A DNA stretch of 64,000 nucleotides from the NCBI GenBank assembly GCA_951406725.2, contig OX597832.1, positions 46,500,001 through 46,564,000 on the forward strand. The letters are read 5' to 3'. A program made the translations under genes and the position numbers. Positions 54,728 to 64,000 of this stretch are shown here, piece after piece. The DNA comes from Octopus vulgaris (taxonomy: Eukaryota). The stretch's first letter is position 1. Each line of letters begins with the position of its first letter. The notes below the pieces were generated by a model that saw only the letters and a program-made list of their open reading frames with translations, did not search any database and was not told where the DNA came from.

Positions 54728-55412
54728 AGTCTTGGTTAATTTTTCAGTGCTTCGTTTACTACAACTACACACACTCTTTCTCGCCTAACCCTATACACAT
54801 AAACATGCTTCCCTCTTGGTTTTCTCAGTACGTCGACATATGCCTATAAACGCATCAGGGCCACTCTCCTTACGTATTGCCACCCGTATTATCGCAATAT
54901 CGCCTGATCCTTCATCATCTTGCTCGCATCTTTAAATAATTTTTTCATTCCATCAATATTTTTCTAATTCACTTTCTCCTTATCTTTATCTTTTCTGTAT
55001 GTTTTGCTTCTGATGAAGAACTAACCTCCGAAAAGTGTTGACGCTTTCTCAAATTTTTCAAAGTGTTAAACTAATAACACACTCTCTGTCCATCCCTGTT
55101 GCTTTCTTGTGTTTTCTTGTTCTGCGTGTTCATGATATATACATATATACGTACATACTCACACACATAAACACAGACACAAACACAAACACACATATAT
55201 ATATATATATACATATATATAATATATAATACTAAGTAATTAAGGGTTTAGCAACGATTTGCCTCACCACACCGAATTTAGAAATAGCAGTCAAAGAGTT
55301 TTGGCTATTCTTTGTACATAAAAGGGAGATCCCAGTAAAACCGCAGCACTTAAAAAGCAAACAACGCAGGCAAATGAGAAAGAAATGACGACAATCATTC
55401 CATATTAAGTCA

Positions 55413-55502
55413 CCTACGGACGTACGTTTCGAATTAAGTCATAGCAGAGCATAACAATTAAATAATTATGTCTTACCTGAATATTTTCCTCCTCGGCGTA
55501 AG
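55413..55502 (-). ncRNA. hammerhead ribozyme, left-arm copy (U4C core variant)
   Basis: Minus strand CUUACG CCGAGGA GGAA..UUC GAAAC GUAC GUC CGUAGG. Confidence 0.7.
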
Positions 55503-55608
55503 CTCAAGCTCGCTCTGATACCATGAGTTGAGGTGATGTCTTCTAGTGCCTTCAAATTTAATACACAATTATTAATAATTGAGACGCAATTATTTATAAT
55601 TGAAGAGT

Positions 55609-55699
55609 CCTACGCTGAGGAGGAAAATAGTCAGGTATGACATAATTATTCAATTTTTATGCTCTGCTATGACTTAATTCCGAAACGTACGTCCGTAGG
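55609..55699 (+). ncRNA. canonical type I hammerhead ribozyme
   Basis: CCUACG CUGAGGA GGAA..UUCC GAAAC GUAC GUC CGUAGG; predicted cleavage after 55693. Confidence 0.9.
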
Positions 55700-55992
55700 T
55701 GACTTAATATAATGATTGTCGTCATTTCTTTCTTTTTGCCTGCGTTGTTTGCTTTTTAAGTGCTGCGGTTTTACTGGGACCTCCCTTTTAAGTAGAAGGA
55801 ATAGCCAAAACTCTTTGACTGCTATTTCTAAATTCGGTGTGTGGTGAGGCAAATCGTTGCTAAACCCTTAATTACTTAGTATTACTTAAACATTCCTTGA
55901 ATGGGGCTTTTACATGCCGAACTCTACTTGGTGAAATTAATGATTATTCCAAATTAATTAATTTTACCCTTTATTATTGATATATATATATT

Positions 55993-56544
<552 letters not shown>

Positions 56545-56648
56545 TGCATATACAGAAACCAGTCGCAGTATCGTATAGAATCGACACCAACAACATAAAA
56601 TATAGACGATTCATTAAATGTAAATCAATCTTCTGAACACAAGCAGCG

Positions 56649-57097
56649 CATCAGTGGGCGATAGAGACACCATACTAACACGATAGAACTTGTTCAGTAT
56701 AATTTGCGATCGGTAAACAGAATCTGAAACCATTAATGAATCGAGGCACTAGACTTCCGGTGACTCCACTCTTCTATGAAACATTTTATAACAAATAGAC
56801 CTTCAGTTAATACGTTCACAATATCAAATTGGGAAGCCTCTGTATCACCCACTTTCTCTCTCTGCATACATCAGTGGGCGATAGAGACACCATACTAACA
56901 CGATAGAACTTGTTCAGTATAATTTGTGATCGAGAAACAGAATTTGAAACATTAATGAATCGAAGCACTACACTCCCGATGACTCCACTCTTCTATAATA
57001 CATTTTATAACAAATAGCCCTTCAGTTAATACGTTCACAATATCAAATTGTGAAGTCCTCTGTATCACCCACTTTCTCTCTCTGTATATATATCAGT
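56649..57097. repeat. tandem duplication, ~220-bp unit x2
   Basis: CATCAGTGGGCGATAGAGACACC at 56649 and 56869. Confidence 0.92.
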
Positions 57098-57141
57098 GTG
57101 TTTGTGTGTGTGTATATAAGTGTATGTGTGTGTGAGAGAGA

Positions 57142-57920
57142 GGCTGGCAGAAACGTGAGCACGCCGGGCGAAATGCTTAGCGCGGTATTTCGTCTGCCGT
57201 TACGTTCTGGGTTCAAATTCCGCCGAGGTCGACTTTGCCTTTCATCCTTTCGGGGTCGATAAATTAAGTACCAGTTACGCACTGAGGTCGATGTAACCGA
57301 CTTAATCCACTTGTCTGTCCTTGTTTCTCCTCTCTGTGTTTAGTCCCTTGTGGGTAGTAAAGAAATAGGTATTTCGTCTGCCGTTACGTTCTGGGTTCAA
57401 ATTCCGCCGAGGTCGTCTTTGCCTTTCATCCCTTCGGGGTCGATAAATTAAGTACCAGTTACGCACTGGGGTCGATGTAACCGACTTAATCCGCTTGTCT
57501 GTCCTTGTTTGTCCCCTCTGTGTTTAGCCCCTTGTGGGTAGTAAAGAAATAGGTATTTTGTCTGCCGCTACGTTCTGAGCTCAAATTCCGCCCAGGTCGA
57601 CTTTGCCTTTCATCCTTTCGGGGGTCGATGAATTAAGTACCAGTTACGCACTGGGGTCGATGTAACCGACTTAATCCGCTTGTCTGTCCTTGTTTGTCCC
57701 CTCTGAGTTTAGCCCCTTGTGAGTAGTAAAGAAATAGGCATTTCGTCTGCCGGTACGTTCTGAGTTCAAATTCCTCCGAGGTCGACTTTGCCTTTCATCC
57801 TTTCGGGGTCGATAAATTAAGTACCAGTTACGCACTGGGGTCGATGTAACCGACTTAATCCGCTTGTCTGTCCTTGTTTGTCCCCTCTGTGTTTAGCCCC
57901 TTGTGAGTAGTAAATAAATA
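57142..57920 (+). mobile_element. SINE family B, head + 4 tandem 184-bp units
   Basis: Unit starts at 57184, 57368, 57552, 57737. Confidence 0.93.
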
Positions 57921-57956
57921 TATATATGTGTGTGTGTGTGCATGTGTGTACACATA

Positions 57957-58497
57957 TACACATGAAGGTAAGCTTGGAAAACCGCACGCTATGAAGAAAT
58001 AATGCTGGAGCTCTGAAATCTTACATGCATTACATTCAACCTTTCTTATTAGTTACTGCATTATTCTTTAGATAAAATAATGTCTGAAGCGTTAAATATA
58101 ACTAGTCGCGATTTCTCTTGAAAATGAGCAAAATTTTTCATCGTGGTGTTATCAAAAACCATATGAAAATAGGTTTAGACCTCAAGGGCATTCATGTTGA
58201 CGTGGTTGTTACATTATTGAACGATGCTCCAGCTTTTAAATAGTACCGAGGTACGCAGCTGAATTTAGGAGGAGAAAGGAGAGCCTTGAAGAAGCATCAA
58301 AGCCTGATCGTCCTACAACTGCCGCTACCAAGGAAAACATTGCTTTTATTCATTATATGCTGATGGATGACAGGCCATTGACTATGAATCAAATAGCAAA
58401 TGCTGTTAGCCTATCTCGTGAGAAAGTTGAGAATATTGTGCCCAACGAACATGGCGTGACGAAGGTTTCTGCTCGGTGGGTGACACGCCTTCTGACA
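57957..58497 (+). pseudogene. mariner fossil, 5' end and transposase N-terminus (irritans/Himar-like)
   Basis: MSKIFHRGVIK..EFRRRKESLEE..RPTTAATKENI..MDDRPLTMNQIANAVSLSREKVENIV..KVSARWVTRLLT. Confidence 0.88.
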
Positions 58498-58801
58498 AAT
58501 ATATTTCTGCTTCCTCAGATATTACGTGAGGAATAAATTTGTACCCTAGAAGATGACGAAATTGTTGACTTACAAGAACGAAAGCCTTTGCTTATAGAAA
58601 ATATTTATAGGCTGCACTTTTAGCTAACGTCGACTTTTTTGCATTTACTGATGGTTTCAACTGTGTTGTATACCCTTCATGTCATCTCTTAAGATCTATT
58701 TTGATTCGTACATGGTCCATTGTAATCTTTGTTTCCTACTGAGCACATAGATTGAATATAATGATTCGTCAGTGTTTTTGATATGACTTATCATAACTCA
58801 A

Positions 58802-59185
58802 GTGGAGGCGCAATGGCCCAGTGGTTAGGGCAGCGGACTCGCGGTCATAGGATCGCGGTTTCGATTCACAGACCGGGCGTTGTGAGTGTTTATTGAGCGA
58901 AAACACCTAAAGCTCCACGAGGGTCCGGTAGGGGATGGTGGTGATCCCTGCTGTACTCTTTCACCACAACTTTCTCTCACTATACTTCCTGTTTCTGTTG
59001 TACCTGTATTTCAAAGCGCCGGCCTTGTCACTCTCTGTGTCACGCTGAATATCCCCGAGAACTACATTAAGGGTACACGTGTCTGTGGAGTGCTCAGCCA
59101 CTTACACGTTAATTTCACGAGCAAGCTGTTCCGTTGATTCGGATCAACCGGAACCCACATCGTCGTAACCGACGGAGTGCTTCCC
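58802..59185 (+). mobile_element. SINE family C with tail type 1, with target-site duplication
   Basis: CATAACTCAAGTGG occurs at both ends (58792-58805 and ~59192-59205). Confidence 0.93.
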
Positions 59186-59644
59186 TCCTCCATAACTCAA
59201 GTGGCAATACTATACAATGCTGAACTGCTAAACTGATTGTCCACCATTTTATTGATCCAGTAATTTGCGTTTTCATTACGACTACTGGATAAAATAAATT
59301 ATTAATGAATGAACTGCAACTCATCTGATGAGATGAATGTGATAACGTGCACGATTTAGTGTAACTGGTTGCCTTGAGATAACGATTATTATATTATATT
59401 CAAAGCGGGTTCAATTCACATCTCCTTAACGAATTGAGATGACTGTAATAAACAGAGAAATATGTATCCTTATGTTTAACGCTGTAGATTTTGTTGCTTA
59501 ACCTTCTATCAATTATATTGGGTTAAAGTTTGAGAGGAGATTGATGGCTTTCTCATCATTTTAGAGTTATCAGTTCTCCGATGTCCGAATATCCGTCGAG
59601 TGCATCTTTATATAAGGCAGTATTTTGTGCTTTCAGTAAGATAT

Positions 59645-59862
59645 CTCTTCACTCTTTTACTTGATTCAGTCATTTAACTGCGGCCATGCTGGAGCACCGC
59701 CTTTACTCGAGCAAATCGACCCCGGGACTTATTCTTTGTAAGCCCATAAGTACTTATTCTCTCGGTCTCTTTTGCTGAATCGCTAAGTGACGGAGACGTA
59801 AACACACCAGCATCGGTTGTCAAGCAATGCTAGGGGGGACAAACACAGACACACAAACACAC

Positions 59863-59926
<64 letters not shown>

Positions 59927-60099
59927 ACATATATACGACAGGCTTCTTTCAGTTTCCGTCTACCAAATCCACTCACAAGGCATTGGTCGGCGCGGGCTAT
60001 AGCAGAAGACACTTGCCCAAGATGCCACGCAGTGGGACTGAACCCGGAACCATGTGGTTGGTAAGCAAGCTACTTACCACACAGCCACTCCTGCACCTA
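59645..60099 (-). mobile_element. SINE family A
   Basis: Full copy. Confidence 0.92.
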
Positions 60100-61802
60100 T
60101 ATAGTTGCTATTTCTTACAGTTTTTTGACTAAGCAGAGGTTTCCCATAACTAATATTTATTGATTGATTAAATTATAAACGAGGTAACGGAAAATCGAAT
60201 TGCTTACGTATATCCAAGGTATATAAAACTGGTTTCTCGCATAGTAATTATGTACACGTAATGAAAATATATATAATAAAACTTTTTAATCTGCGTGAAC
60301 AGAAATCGGAAGACATTCGTTTATTTCCCCTTGACATGTCATCTTAATGAAACTTGGACACGAACACACTACCAATAAATCTGGCGTCGCTGTCGTAGAG
60401 AATTCGTTCTTATTTCGTTACTGCATGTGTCCATTATGTCTCTCTGAAGTAGTATGCTCGATGTAAAATTAAAAGCGTATATAATCACACACCATAATTT
60501 ACAGAGTAACAATTCAACCGTAACTAGAGACAGTAAACTGTTGACTTCGGCTTGTATCGATTTCAGTTCGTATCACAATTATTCAAGTGAAATGATGTAG
60601 CCTCTGTTACCAGCTGCTTTCAGCGCACACTTGACTCGACTTGATCAAAACTGTTTATCGCTAGAGACTGCTCAGTGGTTTACAGGATGTTTCTGTCTTG
60701 GTATCATATGTTTCGCTCTCGTCTCTGTACCAGAGTGGGAGAGAATCTCATAGACAATAATTATTGCCTGACTAAATGAGTGCTTGCTTCCGATCTGGTT
60801 TGCAAGTACAAATCTATATTGGCTTAACTACCGATCCGTTAAATGTTTTATACTTAATTGCCTCCTTTAAAGGTAATTGTCCCGTTTCTCATTAAATACC
60901 AGTACAACTGCCAGAAAAACAGATGCGTACCTGAATATGCTTAATGGAAATAAGTTGAGTTTTTGTTTAGAATCCATTCAAGAGGGTCGCTTTTTTTCTC
61001 ATTAAATGTTATTTACTTTAATGGCTAGATTCCAGTAGAGTTTCAATATGGTTCAGGCTCTTGGATGTAAGTAATTCAATTTAATTTTATTTTCCAATTA
61101 CTCTTGAAAAATAAGCGAATCGTTTACGTTCTTTTCACAAAAATCAGCAGTTTTGTCATTATATCAAAGAAAAGAACAAAACGTGTGATTTATAAACTAA
61201 GCTTTATAACAAAGAGTAGTGTTTTTCTTTTTGTTGGGTGAGGGTCAATGTTTATATTCAAGTCTTAGTATGGTAACTAGTTCTTTTGTGGAGCTAACAA
61301 AGACACATACAATTTTGCTCGAATAGTTAAATTTCCTTTAAATTACATATTTGTGTCTTTGAAAAATGAATAATATACACCACCAAGATACCTTATAACC
61401 GAAAAAAAAAATTGGAACGATCACAGCTGGAATGCTTAACATCATCCCTCACTTAAAAGAGACAACGTTTATGATATTTACGAAAACAATTTTAGTACTG
61501 CGTCAATACCAAACAAACTTATAGTTTATCTCATATTTTGGTTGCGAAAAATCAATAAACATCTTAAACTGGTTCAGAAAGAACAGTGATTCGACGTAGA
61601 ACCAAACGGAAAATTATCATTTTAATGGGAAAAAAATATTGTAAATGATTTGCTTATTTCACAGTGTTTTTGCATCAAAAAAGAATTTAAATTATTCCGT
61701 CAAAGGATCTGAAACGCATACTAAACAATAATGAAACCTGGATAGCCAAGAATAACAATGATTTTTCATGAGTAGAAAGATCTTCTGAATGGATCTAATA
61801 TA

Positions 61803-62025
61803 TCTATTTCTTTACTACCTTCAAGGGGCTAAAGACAGAGGGGGCAAACAAGGGCGGACAAACGGATTAAGTCGATTATGCGTAACTGGTACTTAATTTA
61901 CCGACCCAAGAAAGGATGAAAGGCAAAGTCGACTTCGGCGGAATTTGAACTCAGAACGTAGCGACGGGCGAAATACCGCTCAGCATTTCGCCCGGCGTGC
62001 TAACGATTCTGCCAGCTCGTCGCCT
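61803..62025 (-). mobile_element. SINE family B monomer with target-site duplication
   Basis: ATGGATCTAATATATC on both flanks. Confidence 0.92.
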
Positions 62026-62044
62026 TTATGGATCTAATATATCG

Positions 62045-62400
62045 TCGTGGCACTCCGTCAGTAGCGACGACGATGGTTTCAGTTGATCTGATCAATGGAA
62101 CAGCCTGCTTGTGAAGGTAACGATCTAGTGGCTGAGGACTCCACAGACACATGTACCTTTAACGTAGCTCTTGGGGAGATTCAGCGTGACATAGAGTGTG
62201 ACAAGTCCGGGTGATTTGAAATACAAGTACAACTGAAACAGGAAGAAAGAGTGAGAGAAAGTTGTGGTGAAAGACTACAGCAGGTTTCGGCACCACTCTC
62301 TACGGAGCCACGTGAAGTTTTAGCTGTTTTCGTTAAATAAACACTCACAACGCCCGGTCTGGGAATCAAAACCGCGAGCCTACGACCGCAGTCCTAACCG
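62045..62400 (-). mobile_element. SINE family C with tail type 1, diverged
   Basis: Reverse complement of the 40364 copy. Confidence 0.85.
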
Positions 62401-62421
62401 ATCTAATATATATAAATATAA

Positions 62422-62503
<82 letters not shown>

Positions 62504-62569
62504 ACATACATACATATATATGTACATACATACATATACATACATACATATATTCATACAAACATACAT

Positions 62570-62628
<59 letters not shown>

Positions 62629-63289
62629 GAGTGAGAGAGAGAAAGAAAGAGAGAAGACAAGAGAGAACACCTGCGTTACAGTTCTTTTCAAATTCTTGCT
62701 TAAGCCATTCTGCCACTTTACCTCGAATTCCAACATTCAAGTTCTCTATGGGTAATTACGAAACCAACGTAAGAGACTATTAATACACATGTTCGGTTCT
62801 CATTCTGCCAACCAGAAAAAAAAAATCCCGTTAGAACGAATATATTAATATTCTTAACTAGTATATTGATAAAATGAATTGCTTGCTTACTTGAATTATG
62901 GAGTTAATTCTTCGTAATAATACATTTCTAATATATTTGCGTTAGAGTAGAAATGTATTCTTAAAAAGAATTACATAAAAAATAGTGTATTTTGTAACTT
63001 CCTTTTTTTCTTATACGTGTATTAGCATAACTATACAGTGGGTGGTCTGTTCAGAAAATTGGCTTCTTTGTATTTTTTTCCTCGTCATAATACCACAGTC
63101 ATCGACCTCGTTGGTATTTCGATCACGCATTTTAAAAATTTCATATGCTATAGTTGCAGCTAAGAATTATAATGATCATTATTATTGATTCAAATTTATA
63201 TGAGCAGTGTAATAGAAAGTTTCTGCGCAATTCTAACTAGGATTTATGCATCTCACTTACATCGGAGTCGTATTATATTAGATATTCCA

Positions 63290-63702
63290 AGGCGGCGAGC
63301 TGGCAGAAACGTTAGCACGCCGGGCGAAATGCTTAGTGGTATTTCGTCTGCTGCTACGTTGTGAGCTCCAATTCCGCCGAGGTCGACTTTACCTTTCATC
63401 CTTTCGGGGCCGATAAATTAAGTACCAGTTACGCACAGGTGTAGATATAATCGACTTAATCCGTCTGTCTGTCCTTGTTTGTCTTCTCTGTGTTTATCCC
63501 CTTGTGAGTAGTAAAGAAATAGGTATTTCGTCTGCCGCTACGTTCTGAGTTGAAATTCCGCCGAGGTCGACTTTGCCTTTCATCCTTTCGGGGTCGATTC
63601 AATATGTACCAGTTACACACTGGGGTCGATGCAATCGACTTAATCCCTTTGTCTGTCCTTGATTATCCCCTCTATGTTCATCCCCTTGTGGGCATACAGA
63701 AA
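63290..63702 (+). mobile_element. SINE family B, head + 2 units
   Basis: AAAGAAATA|GGTATTTCG junction at ~63522. Confidence 0.9.
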
Positions 63703-64000
63703 TTTTTACTTGTTTCAGTCATTAGACTGTGGCCATGCTGGAGTACCGCTACGAAGCGTTTTATTCGAACTTACCGATCCCTGTACTTAATATTTTTTGT
63801 AAAGGCAGGTATTTATCCTCTGGGTTAACCGATAAGTTAAGGCGGACGTAAATATACCACCACTGATTGTCAAGCTGTGGTCGCATACACAAAGATACGC
63901 AAACACACATACCAAATTCACACACAAGTGTTTGGAGAGCATGAGGCTATAGTAGAAGACGCTTGTCCAAGGTTCCACGCAGTAGGACTGAAACCAGAAC
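63703..64000 (-). mobile_element. SINE family A, diverged, runs off the window
   Basis: Tail and body motifs in reverse. Confidence 0.8.

Larger units (their letters stand above)
55227..55884. mobile_element. inverted Penelope-like pLTR pair (arms 55227-55505 and 55605-55884)
   Basis: ~280-bp arms of high identity around a ~100-bp spacer; each arm holds an HHR. Confidence 0.85.

Noticed and set aside
57184-57920. CRISPR-like regular repeats
   Set aside because: Whole 184-bp units repeat with no unique spacers; eukaryotic SINE multimer, no cas genes
58500-58525. Minus-strand CUGAGGA AGCA GAAA
   Set aside because: Stem II cannot pair and there is no cleavage nucleotide
58802-58880. tRNA gene (tRNA-Arg-like)
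   Set aside because: No proper acceptor stem; runs into the SINE body, so it is a SINE head

Overview
AT-rich, repeat-saturated animal genomic DNA, intergenic or within a large intron. It is most likely octopus/coleoid cephalopod, inferred from the tRNA-derived SINE families and the density of (TA)n/(TG)n/(AAT)n/(GATA)n microsatellites. I found no intact host protein-coding gene; nearly all ORFs in the track are microsatellite or SINE artefacts. Contents: three recurring tRNA-derived SINE families (labelled A, B, C here); three mariner fossils, one hAT (Charlie/Buster) fossil and a Tc2-like end; 3' ends of R4/Dong-type REL retrotransposons sitting in (TAA)n arrays; a CR1-group LINE 3' end; and a HINE/DINE-1-like element. 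The main signal the ORF track misses is about 14 type-I hammerhead ribozyme (HHR) motifs of several architectures in short non-coding Penelope-like (pLTR-type) fragments, most abutting (TA)n arrays. Two are fully canonical (41540-41625 +, 55609-55699 +). Others are ultra-minimal ~35-nt forms, a family with an apparent compensatory G3-C8 core swap, and an HHR capping a ~120-nt rod. All folds were paired by eye, no activity is shown, and repeat boundaries are approximate.
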